Assembly (NCBI GenBank): GCA_964016885.1
Contig: OZ024764.1
Span: 28,272,001 to 28,336,000, forward strand
DNA from: Eledone cirrhosa
Taxonomy: Eukaryota
DNA length: 64,000 nt
Direction: 5' to 3'
The notes beneath the pieces are model-generated. The model did no database searches. It was not told the DNA's origin and saw only the letters and a program-made list of their open reading frames with translations. Made by a program: the position numbers and the translations under genes. Every line of letters begins with the position of its first letter. Position 1 is the first letter of the stretch. Positions 39,263 to 53,300 of the stretch are shown here, piece by piece.

Positions 39263-42200
39263 CATAGAAGAGCGTATACATTTTTGTGGGACAGCCCGTT
39301 GTTGCCTCCCTACAGCACTTCTAAGTGGTTTTGTGCAGGTCATAGAAGAGCGTATACATTTTTGTGGGACAGCCCGTTGTCGCCACTATTCAGCACTTCT
39401 AAATGCTGTTTTGTGCAGGTCATCGAAGAGCGTATACATTTTTGTGGGACAGCCCGTTGTCGCCACTATTCAGCACTTCTAAATGCTGTTTTGTGCAGGT
39501 CATCGAAGAGCGTATACATTTTTGTGGGACAGCCCTTTGACGCCTCTATTCATCACTTCTAAATGCTGTTTTATGCAGGTCATCGAAGAGCGTATACATT
39601 TTTGTGGGACAGCCCGTTGTCGCCTTTATTCAACACTTGCAAATGCTGTTTTGTGCATGTCATCGAAGAGCGTATACATTTTTGTGGGACAGCCCGTTGT
39701 CGCCTCCCTACACCACTTCTAAGTGGTTTTGTGCAGGTCATAGAAGAGCGTATACATTTTTGTGGGACAGCCCGTTGTCGCCACTATTCAGCACTTCTAA
39801 ATGCTGTTTTGTGCAGGTCATCGAAGAGCGTATACATTTTTATGGGACAGCCCGTTGTCGCCTCTATTCAGTACTCCTAAATGCTGTTTTATGCAGGTCA
39901 TACAAGAGCGTATACATTTTTGTGGGACAGCTCGTTGTCGCCTCCTTTCAGCACTTCTAAATGCTGCTTGTGCAGGTCATCGAAGAGCGTATACATTTTT
40001 ATGGGACAGCCCGTTGTCACCTCTATTCAGTACTCCTAAATGCTGCTTTGTGCAGGTCATAGAAGAGCGTATACATTTTTGTGGGACAGCCCGTTGTCGC
40101 CTCTATTCAGCACTTCTACATGCTGTTTTGGGCAGGTCATCGAAGAGTGTATAGATTTTTGTGGGACAGCCCGTTGTCGCCTCTATTCAGCACTTCTAAA
40201 TGCTGCTTTGTGCAGGTCATCGAAGAGCATATACATTTTTGTGGGACAGCCCGTTGTCGCCTCTATTCAGCACTTCTAAATGCTGCTTTTTGCAGGTCAT
40301 AGAAGAGCGTATACATTTTTGTGGGACAGCCCGTTGTCGCCTCTATTCAGCACTTCTAAATGCTGCTTTTTGCAGGTCATAGAAGAGCGTATACATTTTT
40401 GTGGGACAGCCAGTTGTCGCCTCCTTACAGCACTTCTAAATGCTGTTTTGGGCAGGTCATAGAAGAGCGTATACATTTTTGTGGGACAGCCCGTTGTCGC
40501 CACTATTCAGCACTTCTAAATGCTGTTTTGTGCAGGTCATCGAAGAGCGTATACATTTTTATGGGACAGCCCGTGGTTGCCACTATTCAGCACTTCTAAA
40601 TGCTGTTTTGTGCAGGTCATCGAAGAGCGTATACATTTTTGTGGGACAGCCCGTTGTCGCCTCCCTACAGCACTTCTAAGTGCTGCTTTGTGCAGGTCAT
40701 CGAAGAGCGTATACATTTTTGTGGGACAGCCCGTTGTCGCTTCCCTACAGCACTTCTAAGTGCTGCTTTGTGCAGCTCATAGAAGAGCGTATACATTTTT
40801 GTGGGACAGCCCGTTGTCGCCTCTATTCAGCACTTCTAAATGCTGCTTTGTGCAGGTCGTAGAAGAGCATATACATTTTTGTGGGACAGCCCATTGTCGC
40901 CTCTATTCAGCACTGCTAAATGCTGTTTTGTGCAGGTCATAGAAGAGCGTATACATTTTTGTGGGACAGCCCGTTGTCGCCACTATTCAGCACTTCTAAA
41001 TGCTGTTTTGTGCAGGTCATCGAAGAGCGTATACATTTTTGTGGGACAGCTCGTTGTCGCCTCCTTTCAGCACTTCTAAATGCTGCTTTGTGCAGGTCAT
41101 CGAAGAGCGTATACATTTTTGTGGGACAGCCCGTTGTCGCCTCTATTCAGCACTCCTAAATGCTGTTTTATGCAGGTCATACAAGAGCGTATACATTTTT
41201 ATGGGACAGCCCGTTGTCGCCTTTATTCAGCACTTGCAAATGCTGTTTTGTGCATGTCATCGAAGAGCGTATACATTTTTATGGGACAGCCCGTTGTCGG
41301 CTCTATTCAGTACTCCTAAATGCTGTTTTATGCAGGTCATACAAGAGCGTATACATTTTTGTGGGACAGCCCGTTGTCGCCTCCCTACAGCACTTCTAAG
41401 TGCTGCTTTGTGCAGGTCATAGAAGAGCGTATACATTTTTGTGGGACAGCCCGTTGTCGCCTCTATTCAGCACTTCTAAATGCTGCTTTTTGCAGGTCAT
41501 CGAAGAGCGTATACATTTTTGTGGGACAGCCCTTTGCCGCCTCTATTCAACACTTATAAATGCTGTTTGGGCAGGTCATAGAAGAGCGTATACATTTTTG
41601 TGGGACAGCCCGTTGTTGCCTCCCTACAGCACTTCTAAGTGCTGCTTTGTGCAGGTCATAGAAGAGCGTATACATTTTTGTGGGACAGCCCGTTGTCGCC
41701 TCCTTACAGCACTTCTAAATGCTGTTTTGTGCAGGTCATCGAAGAGCGTATACATTTTTGTGGGACAGCCCTTTGACGCCTCTATTCATCACTTCTAAAT
41801 GCTGTTTTATGCAGGTCATCGAAGAGCGTATACATTTTTGTGGGACAGCCCGTTGTCGCCTCCCTACACCACTGCTAAGTGGTTTTGTGCAGGTCATAGA
41901 AGAGCGTATACATTTTTGTGGGACAGCCCGTTGTCGCCACTATTCAGCACTTCTAAATGCTGTTTTGTGCAGGTCATCGAAGAGCGTATACATTTTTATG
42001 GGACAGCCCGTTGTCGCCTCTATTCAGTACTCCTAAATGCTGTTTTATGCAGGTCATACAAGAGCGTATACATTTTTGTGGGACAGCTCGTTGTCGCCTC
42101 CTTTCAGCACTTCTAAATGCTGCTTGTGCAGGTCATCGAAGAGCGTATACATTTTTATGGGACAGCCCGTTGTCGCCTCTATTCAGTACTCCTAAATGCT

Positions 42201-45200
42201 GCTTTGTGCAGGTCATAGAAGAGCGTATACATTTTTGTGGGACAGCCCGTTGTCGCCTCTATTCAGCACTTCTACATGCTGTTTTGGGCAGGTCATCGAA
42301 GAGTGTATACATTTTTGTGGGACAGCCCGTTGTCGCCTCCATTCAGCACTTCTAAATGCTGTTTTGTGCAGGTCATCGAAGAGCGTATACATTTTTATGG
42401 GACAGCCCGTTGTCGCCTCTATTCAGTACTCCTAAATGCTGCTTTGTGCAGGTCATAGAAGAGCGTATACATTTTTGTGGGACTGCCAGTTGTCGCCTCC
42501 TTACAGCACTTCTAAATGCTGTTTTGGGCAGGTCATAGAAGAGCGTATACATTTTTGTGGGACAGCCCGTTGTCGCCACTATTCAGCACTTCTAAATGCT
42601 GTTTTGTGCAGGTCATCGAAGAGCGTATACATTTTTATGGGACAGCCCGTTGTTGCCACTATTCAGCACTTCTAAATGCTGTTTTGTGCAGGTCATCGAA
42701 GAGCGTATACATTTTTGTGGGACAGCCCGTTGTCGCCTCCCTACAGCACTTGTAAGTGCTGCTTTGTGCAGGTCATCGAAGAGCGTATTCATTTTTATGG
42801 GACAGCCTGTTGTCGCCTCTATTCAGCACTTCTAAATGCTGTTTTATGCAGGTCATACAAGAGCGTATACATTTTTGTGGGACAGCTCATTGTCGCCTCC
42901 TTTCAGCACTTCTAAATGCTGCTTTGTGCAGGTCATCGAAGAGCGTATACATTTTTGTGGGACAGCCCGTTGTCGCCTCTATTCAGCACTTCTAAATGCT
43001 GCTTTTTGCAGGTCATAGAAGAGCGTATACATTTTTGTGGGACAGCCCGTTGTCGCCTCTATTCAGCACTTCAACATGCTGTTTTGTGCAGGTCATCGAA
43101 GAGTGTATACATTTTTGTGGGACAGCCCGTTGTCGCCTCCCTACAACACTTCTAAGTGCTGCTTTGTGCAGGTCATAGAAGAGCGTATACATTTTTGTGG
43201 GACAGCCCGTTGTCGCCTCTATTCAGCACTCCTAATTGCTGTTTTATGCAGGTCATACAAGAGCGTATACATTTTTATGGGACAGCCCGTTGTCGCCTTT
43301 ATTCAGCACTTGCAAATGCTGTTTTGTGCATGTCATCGAAGAGCGTATACATTTTTGTGGGACAGCCCGTTGTCGCCTCTATTCAGCACTTCTAAATGCT
43401 GCTTTTTGCAGGTCATAGAAGAGCGTATACATTTTTGTGGGACAGCCAGTTGTCGCCTCCTTACAGCACTTCTAAATGCTGTTTTGTGCAGGTCATCGAA
43501 GAGCGTATACATTTTTGTGGGACAGTCCGTTGTCGCCTCTATTCAGCACTTCTACATGCTGTTTTGGGCAGGTCATCGAAGAGTGTATACATTTTTGTGG
43601 GACAGCCCGTTGTCGCCTCTATTCAGCACTTCTAAATGCTGTTTTGTGCAGGTCATCGAAGAGCGTATACATTTTTATGGGACAGCTCATTGTCGCCTCC
43701 TTTCAGCACTTCTAAATGCTGCTTTGTGCAGGTCATCGAAGAGCGTATACATTTTTGTGGGACAGCCCGTTGTCGCCTCTATTCAGCACTTCTAAATGCT
43801 GCTTTTTGCAGGTCATAGAAGAGCGTATACATTTTTGTGGGACAGCTCATTGTCGCCTCCTTTCATCACTTCTAAATGCTGCTTTGTGCAGGTCATCGAA
43901 GAGCGTATACATTTTTGTGGGACAGCCCGTTGTCGCCTCTATTCAACACTTCTAAATGCTGCTTTTTGCAGGTCATAGAAGAGCGTATACATTTTTGTGG
44001 GACAGCCCGTTGTCGCCTCCCTACAGCACTTCTAAGTGCTGCTTTGTGCAGGTCATAGAAGAGCGTATACATTTTTATGGGACAGCCCGTTGTCGCCACT
44101 ATTCAGCACTTCTAAATGCTGTTTTGTGCAGGTCATCGAAGAGCGTATACATTTTTATGGGACAGCCCGTTGTTGCCACTATTCAGCACTTCTAAATGCT
44201 GTTTTGTGCAGGTCATCGAAGAGCGTATACATTTTTGTGGGACAGCCCGTTGTCGCCTCCCTACAACACTTCTAAGTGCTGCTTTGTGCAGGTCATCGAA
44301 GAGCGTATACATTTTTGTGGGACAGCCCGTTGTCGCTTCCCTACAGCACTTCTAAGTGCTGCTTTGTGCAGCTCATAGAAGAGCGTATACATTTTTGTGG
44401 GACAGCCCGTTGTCGCCTCTATTCAGCACTTCTAAATGCTGCTTTGTGCAGGTCGTAGAAGAGCATATACATTTTTGTGGGACAGCCCATTGTCGCCTCT
44501 ATTCATCACTGCTAAATGCTGTTTTATGCAGGTCATACAAGAGCGTATACATTTTTGTGGGACAGCCCGTTGTTGCCTCCCTACAGCACTTCTAAGTGCT
44601 GCTTTGTGCAGGTCATAGAAGAGCGTATACATTTTTGTGGGACAGCCCGTTGTCGCCTCTATTCAGCACTTGCAAATGCTGTTTTGTGCATGTCATCGAA
44701 GAGCGTATACATTTTTATGGGACAGCCCGTTGTCGGCTCTATTCAGTACTCCTAAATGGTGTTTTATGCAGGTCATACAAGAGCGTATACATTTTTGTGG
44801 GACAGCTCGTTGTCGCCTCCTTTCAGCACTTCTAAATGCTGCTTGTGCAGGTCATCGAAGAGCGTATACATTTTTATGGGACAGCCCGTTGTCGCCTCTA
44901 TTCAGTACTCCTAAATGCTGTTTTATGCAGGTCATACAAGAGCGTATACATTTTTGTGGGACAGCCCGTTGTCGCCTCCCTACAGCACTTCTAAGTGCTG
45001 CTTTGTGCAGGTCATAGAAGAGCGTATACATTTTTGTGGGACAGCCCGTTGTCGCCTCTATTCAGCACTTCTAAATGCTGCTTTTTGCAGGTCATAGAAG
45101 AGCGTATACATTTTTGTGGGACAGCTAGTTGTCGCCTCCTTACAGCACTTCTAAATGCTGTTTTCTGCAGGTCATCGAAGAGCGTATACATTTTTGTGGG

Positions 45201-46550
45201 ACAGCCCTTTGCCGCCTCTATTCAACACTTATAAATGCTGTTTGGGCAGGTCATAGAAGAGCGTATACATTTTTGTGGGACAGCCCGTTGTTGCCTCCCT
45301 ACAGCACTTCTAAGTGGTTTTGTGCAGGTCATAGAAGAGCGTATACATTTTTGTGGGACAGCCCGTTGTCGCCACTATTCAGCACTTCTAAATGCTGTTT
45401 TGTGCAGGTCATCGAAGAGCGTATACATTTTTGTGGGACAGCCCGTTGTCGCCACTATTCAGCACTTCTAAATGCTGTTTTGTGCAGGTCATCGAAGAGC
45501 GTATACATTTTTGTGGGACAGCCCTTTGACGCCTCTATTCATCACTTCTAAATGCTGTTTTATGCAGGTCATCGAAGAGCGTATACATTTTTGTGGGACA
45601 GCCCGTTGTCGCCTTTATTCAACACTTGCAAATGCTGTTTTGTGCATGTCATCGAAGAGCGTATACATTTTTGTGGGACAGCCCGTTGTCGCCTCCCTAC
45701 ACCACTTCTAAGTGGTTTTGTGCAGGTCATAGAAGAGCGTATACATTTTTGTGGGACAGCCCGTTGTCGCCACTATTCAGCACTTCTAAATGCTGTTTTG
45801 TGCAGGTCATCGAAGAGCGTATACATTTTTATGGGACAGCCCGTTGTCGCCTCTATTCAGTACTCCTAAATGCTGTTTTATGCAGGTCATACAAGAGCGT
45901 ATACATTTTTGTGGGACAGCTCGTTGTCGCCTCCTTTCAGCACTTCTAAATGCTGCTTGTGCAGGTCATCGAAGAGCGTATACATTTTTATGGGACAGCC
46001 CGTTGTCACCTCTATTCAGTACTCCTAAATGCTGCTTTGTGCAGGTCATAGAAGAGCGTATACATTTTTGTGGGACAGCCCGTTGTCGCCTCTATTCAGC
46101 ACTTCTACATGCTGTTTTGGGCAGGTCATCGAAGAGTGTATAGATTTTTGTGGGACAGCCCGTTGTCGCCTCTATTCAGCACTTCTAAATGCTGCTTTGT
46201 GCAGGTCATCGAAGAGCATATACATTTTTGTGGGACAGCCCGTTGTCGCCTCTATTCAGCACTTCTAAATGCTGCTTTTTGCAGGTCATAGAAGAGCGTA
46301 TACATTTTTGTGGGACAGCCCGTTGTCGCCTCTATTCAGCACTTCTAAATGCTGCTTTTTGCAGGTCATAGAAGAGCGTATACATTTTTGTGGGACAGCC
46401 AGTTGTCGCCTCCTTACAGCACTTCTAAATGCTGTTTTGGGCAGGTCATAGAAGAGCGTATACATTTTTGTGGGACAGCCCGTTGTCGCCACTATTCAGC
46501 ACTTCTAAATGCTGTTTTGTGCAGGTCATCGAAGAGCGTATACATTTTTA
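34490..46550. repeat. Higher-order repeat: two tandem copies of a 5989-bp unit (75 monomers), an expanded derivative of the 62-mer
   Basis: ORF pairs 34531/40520, 38607/44596, 39140/45129 and 40040/46029. Shared private variants CTAAATGGTG (about 38769 and 44758) and GTCACCTC (about 40018 and 46007). Confidence 0.93.
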
Positions 46551-47349
46551 TGGGACAGCCCGTTGTTGCCACTATTCAGCACTTCTAAATGCTGTTTTGT
46601 GCAGGTCATCGAAGAGCGTATACATTTTTGTGGGACAGCCCGTTGTCGCCTCCCTACAGCACTTGTAAGTGCTGCTTTGTGCAGGTCATCGAAGAGCGTA
46701 TACATTTTTATGGGACAGCCTGTTGTCGCCTCTATTCAGCACTTCTAAATGCTGTTTTATGCAGGTCATACAAGAGCGTATACATTTTTGTGGGACAGCT
46801 CATTGTCGCCTCCTTTCAGCACTTCTAAATGCTGCTTTGTGCAGGTCATCGAAGAGTGTATACATTTTTGTGGGACAGCCCGTTGTCGCCTCTATTCAGC
46901 ACTTCTAAATGCTGTTTTGTGCAGGTCATCGAAGAGCGTATACATTTTTATGGGACAGCCTGTTGTCGCCTCTATTCAGCACTTCTAAATGCTGTTTTAT
47001 GCAGGTCATACAAGAGCGTATACATTTTTGTGGGACAGCTCATTGTCGCCTCCTTTCATCACTTCTAAATGCTGCTTTGTGCAGGTCATCGAAGAGCGTA
47101 TACATTTTTGTGGGACAGCCCGTTGTCGCCTCTATTCAGCACTTCTAAATGCTGCTTTTTGCAGGTCATAGAAGAGAGTATACATTTTTGTGGGACAGCC
47201 AGTTGTCGCCTCCTTACAGCACTTCTAAATGCTGTTTTGTGCAGGTCATCGAAGAGCGTATACATTTTTGTGGGACAGTCCGTTGTCGCCTCTATTCAGC
47301 ACTTCTACATGCTGTTTTGGGCAGGTCATCGAAGAGTGTATACATTTTT

Positions 47350-50300
47350 GTGGGACAGCCCGTTGTCGCCTCTATTCAGCACTTCTAAATGCTGTTTTGT
47401 GCAGGTCATCGAAGAGCGTATACATTTTTATGGGACAGCCTGTTGTCGCCTCTATTCAGCACTTCTAAATGCTGTTTTATGCAGGTCATACAAGAGCGTA
47501 TACATTTTTGTGGGACAGCTCATTGTCGCCTCTATTCAGCACTTCTAAATGCAGTTTTGTGCAGGTCATCGAAGAGCGTATACATTTTTATGGGACAGCC
47601 CGTTGTCGCCACTATTCAGCACTTCTAAATGCTGTTTTATGCAGGTCATACAAGAGCGTATACATTTTTGTGGGACAGCTCGTTGTCGCCTCCTTTCAGC
47701 ACTTCTAAATGCTGCTTTGTGCAGGTCATCGAAGAGCGTATACATTTTTGTGGGACAGCCTGTTATCGCCTCTATTCAGCACTCCTAAATGCTGTTTTAT
47801 GCAGGTCATACAAGAGCGTATACATTTTTATGGGACAGCCCGTTGTCGCCTTTATTCAGCACTTGCAAATGCTGTTTTGTGCATGTCATCGAAGAGCGTA
47901 TACATTTTTGTGGGACAGCCCGTTGTCGCCTCCCTACACCACTTCTAAGTGGTTTTGTGTAGGTCATAGAAGAGCGTATACATTTTTGTGGGACAGCCCG
48001 TTGTCGCCTTTATTCAGCACTTCTAAATGCTGTTTTGGGCAGGTCATACAAGAGCGTATACATTTTTATGGGACAGCCCGTTGTCGCCTTTATTCAGCAC
48101 TTGCAAATGCTGTTTTGTGCATGTCATCGAAGAGCGTATACATTTTTGTGGGACAGCCCGTTGTCGCCTCCCTACACCACTTCTAAGTGGTTTTGTGCAG
48201 GTCATAGAAGAGCGTATACATTTTTGTGGGACAGCCCGTTGTCGCCTTTATTCAGCATTTCTAAATGTTGTTTTGGGCAGGTCATAGAAGAGCGTATACA
48301 TTTTTGTGGGACAGCCCGTTGTCGCCTTTATTCAGCACTTCTAAATGCTGTTTTGGGCAGGTCATAGAAGAGTGTATACATTTTTGTGGGACAGCTCGTT
48401 GTCGCCTCCTTTCAGCACTTCTAAATGCTGCTTTGTGCAGGTCATCGAAGAGCGCATACATTTTTGTGGGACAGCCCTTTGCCGCCTCTATTCAGCACTT
48501 CTAAATGCTGTTTTGGGCAGGTCATAGAAGAGCGTATACATTTTTGTGGGACAGCCCGTTGTCGCCTATATTCAGCACTCCTAAATGCTGTTTTGTGCAG
48601 GTCATCGAAGAGCGTATACATTTTTGTGGGACAGCTTTTTGACGCCTCTATTCAGCACTTCTAAATGCTGTTTTATGCAGGTCATCGAAGAGCGTATACA
48701 TTTTTGTGGGACAGCCCGTTGTCGCCTCTATTCAGCACTTCTAAATGCTGTTTTATGCAGGTCATCGAAGAGCGTATACATTTTTGTGGGACAGCTCGTT
48801 GTTGCCTCCTTTCAGCACTTCTAAATGCTGCTTTGTGCAGGTCATCGAAGAGCGTATACATTTTTGTGGGACAGCCCTTTGCCGCCTCTATTCAGCACTT
48901 CTAAATGCTGCTTTGTGCAGGTCATAGAAGAGTGTATACATTTTTGTGGGACAGCCAGTTGTCGCCTCCTTACAGCACTTCTAAATGCTGTTTTGTGCAG
49001 GTCATCGAAGAGCGTATACATTTTTGTGGGACAGCCCTTTGTCGCCTCTATTCAGCACGTCTAAATGCTGTTTTGGGCAGGTCATAGAAGAGCGTATACA
49101 TTTTTGTGGGACAGCCCGTTGTCGCCTTTATTCAGCACTTGTAAATGCTGTTTTGTGCAGCTCATAGAAGAGCGTATACATTTTTGTGGGACAGCCCTTT
49201 GTCGCCTCCCTACACCACTTCTAAGTGCTGCTTTGTGCAGGTCATCGAAGAGCGTATACATTTTTGTGGGACAGCCCGTTGTCGCCTCCCTACAGCACTT
49301 CTAAGTGCTGCTTTGAGCAGGTCATAGAAGAGCGTATACATTTTTGTGGGACAGCCCGTTGTCGCCTCTATTCAGCACTTCTACATGCTGTTTTGGGCAG
49401 GTCATAGAAGAGCGTATACATTTTTGTGGGACAGCCCGTTGTCGCCACTATTCAGCACTTCTAAATGCTGTTTTGTGCAGGTCATCGAAGAGCGTATACA
49501 TTTTTATGGGACAGCCCGTTGTTGCCACTATTCAGCACTTCTAAATGCTGTTTTGTGCCGGTCATAGAAGAGCGTATACATTTTTGTGGGACAGCCCGTT
49601 GTCGCCTCTATTCAGCACTTCTACATGCTGTTTTGGGCAGGTCATCGAAGAGCGTATACATTTTTGTGGGACAGCCCGTTGTCGCCTCCCTACAGCACTT
49701 CTAAGTGCTGCTTTGTGCAGGTCATCGAAGAGCGTATACATTTTTGTGGGACAGCCCGTTGTCGCCTCTATTCAGCACTTCTAAATGCTGTTTTGTGCAG
49801 GTCATAGAAGAGCGTATACATTTTTGTGGGACAGCCCGTTGTCGCCTCTATTCATCACTCCTAAATGCTGTTTTATGCAGGTCATAGAAGAGCGTATACA
49901 TTTTTGTGGGACAGCCCGTTGTCGCCTCTATTCATCACTCCTAAATGCTGTTTTATGCAGGTCATACAAGAGCGTATACATTTTTGTGGGACAGCCCGTT
50001 GTCGCCTCTATTCAGCACTTCTAAATGCTGTTTTATGCAGGTCATACAAGAGCGTATACATTTTTGTGGGACTGCCCATTGAAGCCTCTATTTAGCACTC
50101 CTAAATGCTGTTTTATGCAGGTCATACAAGAGCGTATACATTTTTGTGGGACAGCTCGTTGTCGCCACTACTCAGCACTTCTAAATGCTGTTTTGTGCCG
50201 GTCATAGAAGAGCGTATACATTTTTGTGGGACAGCCCATTGTCGCCTCTATTCAGCACTTCTAAATGCTGTTTTGTGCAGGTCATCGAAGAGCGTATACA

Positions 50301-53300
50301 TTTTTGTGGGACAGCCCATTGTCGCCTCTATTCAGCACTGCTAAATGCTGTTTTGTGCAGGTCATAGAAGAGCGTATACATTTTTGTGGGACAGCCCTTT
50401 GTCGCCTCCCTACACCACTTCTAAGTGCTGCTTTGTGCAGGTCATCGAAGAGCGTATACATTTTTGTGGGACAGCCCGTTGTCGCCTCCCTACAACACTT
50501 CTAAGTGCTGCTTTGAGCAGCTCATAGAAGAGCGTATACATTTTTGTGGGACAGCCCGTTGTCGCCTCCTTACAGCACTTCTAAATGCTACTTTGTGCAG
50601 GACATCGAAGAGCGTATACATTTTTGTGGGACAGCCAGTTGTCGCCTCCTTACAGCACTTCTAAATGCTGTTTTGTGCAGGTCATCGAAGAGCGTATACA
50701 TTTTTGTGGGACAGCCCGTTGTCGCCTCTATTCACCACTTCTAAATGCTGTTTTATGCAGGTCATACAAGAGCGTATACATTTTTGTTGGACAGCGCATT
50801 GTCGCCTCCTTTCAGCACTTCTAAATGCTGCTTTGTGCAGGTCATCGAAGAGCGTATACATTTTTGTGGGACAGCCCGTTGTCGCCTCCCTACAGCACTT
50901 CTAAGTGCTGCTTTGTGCAGGTCATAGAAGAGCGTATACATTTTTGTGGGACAGCCCGTTGTCGCCTCTATTCAGCACTTCTAAATGCTGCTTTTTGCAG
51001 GTCATAGAAGAGCGTATACATTTTTGTGGGACAGCCAGTTGTCGCCTCCTTACAGCACTTCTAAATGCTGTTTTGGGCAGGTCATAGAAGAGCGTATACA
51101 TTTTTGTGGGACAGCCCGTTGTCGCCACTATTCAGCACTTCTAAATGCTGTTTTGTGCAGGTCATCGAAGAGCGTATACATTTTTATGGGACAGCCCGTT
51201 GTTGCCACTATTCAGCACTTCTAAATGCTGTTTTGCGCAGGTCATCGAAGAGCGTATACATTTTTGTGGGACAGCCCGTTGTCGCCTCTATTCAGCACTT
51301 CTAAATGCTGTTTTGTGCAGGTCATCGAAGAGCGTATACATTTTTATGGGACAGCCTGTTGTCGCCTCTATTCAGCACTTCTAAATGCTGTTTTATGCAG
51401 GTCATACAAGAGCGTATACATTTTTGTGGGACAGCTCATTGTCGCCTCTATTCAGCACTTCTAAATGCAGTTTTGTGCAGGTCATCGAAGAGTGTATACA
51501 TTTTTATGGGACAGCCCGTTGTCGCCACTATTCAGCACTTCTAAATGCTGTTTTATGCAGGTCATACAAGAGCGTATACATTTTTGTGGGACAGCTCGTT
51601 GTCGCCTCCTTTCAGCACTTCTAAATGCTGCTTTGTGCAGGTCATCGAAGAGCGTATACATTTTTATGGGACAGCCCGTTGTCGCCTTTATTCAGCACTT
51701 GCAAATGCTGTTTTGTGCATGTCATCGAAGAGCGTATACATTTTTGTGGGACAGCCCGTTATCGCCTCCCTACACCACTTCTAAGTGGTTTTGTGCAGGT
51801 CATAGAAGAGCGTATACATTTTTGTGGGACAGCCCGTTGTCGCCTTTATTCAGCACTTCTAAATGCTGTTTTGGGCAGGTCATACAAGAGCGTATACATT
51901 TTTATGGGACAGCCCGTTGTCGCCTTTATTCAGCACTTGCAAATGCTGTTTTGTGCATGTCATCGAAGAGCGTATACATTTTTGTGGGACAGCCCGTTGT
52001 CGCCTCCCTACACCACTTCTAAGTGGTTTTGTGCAGGTCATAGAAGAGCGTATACATTTTTGTGGGACAGCCCGTTGTCGCCTTTATTCAGCACTTCTAA
52101 ATGCTGTTTTGGGCAGGTCATAGAAGAGTGTATACATTTTTGTGGGACAGCTCGTTGTCGCCTCCTTTCAGCACTTCTAAATGCTGCTTTGTGCAGGTCA
52201 TCGAAGAGCGCATACATTTTTGTGGGACAGCCCTTTGCCGCCTCTATTCAGCACTTCTAAATGCTGTTTTGGGCAGGTCATAGAAGAGCGTATACATTTT
52301 TGTGGGACAGCCCGTTGTCGCCTATATTCAGCACTCCTAAATGCTGTTTTGTGCAGGTCATCGAAGAGCGTATACATTTTTGTGGGACAGCTTTTTGACG
52401 CCTCTATTCAGCACTTCTAAATGCTGTTTTATGCAGGTCATCGAAGAGCGTATACATTTTTGTGGGACAGCCCGTTGTCGCCTCTATTCAGCACTTCTAA
52501 ATGCTGTTTTATGCAGGTCATCGAAGAGCGTATACATTTTTGTGGGACAGCTCGTTGTTGCCTCCTTTCAGCACTTCTAAATGCTGCTTTGTGCAGGTCA
52601 TCGAAGAGCGTATACATTTTTGTGGGACAGCCCTTTGCCGCCTCTATTCAGCACTTCTAAATGCTGCTTTGTGCAGGTCATAGAAGAGTGTATACATTTT
52701 TGTGGGACAGCCCGTTGTCGCCTCCTTACAGCACTTCTAAATGCTGTTTTGTGCAGGTCATCGAAGAGCGTATACATTTTTGTGGGAGAGCCCTTTGTCG
52801 CCTCTATTCAGCACGTCTAAATGCTGTTTTGGGCAGGTCATAGAAGAGTGTATACATTTTTGTGGGACAGCCCTTTGCCGCCTATATTCAGCACTCCTAA
52901 AAGCTGTTTTGGGCAGGTCATAGAAGAGCGTATACATTTTTGTGGGACAGCCCGTTGTCGCCTTTATTCAGCACTTGTAAATGCTGTTTTGTGCAGCTCA
53001 TAGAAGAGCGTATACATTTTTGTGGGACAGCCCTTTGTCGCCTCCCTACACCACTTCTAAGTGCTGCTTTGTGCAGGTCATCGAAGAGCGTATACATTTT
53101 TGTGGGACAGCCCGTTGTCGCCTCCCTACAGCACTTCTAAGTGCTGCTTTGAGCAGGTCATAGAAGAGCGTATACATTTTTGTGGGACAGCCCGTTGTCG
53201 CCTCTATTCAGCGCTCCTAAATGCTGTTTTATGCAGGTCATACAAGAGTGTATACATTTTTATGGGACAGCCCGTTGTCGCCTTTATTCAGCACTTGCAA

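Noticed and set aside
24400-46550. Multi-kb duplications as pure assembly artefact
   Set aside because: The copies carry both private and pair-shared variants, which fits real descent. This cannot be fully excluded without spanning reads.
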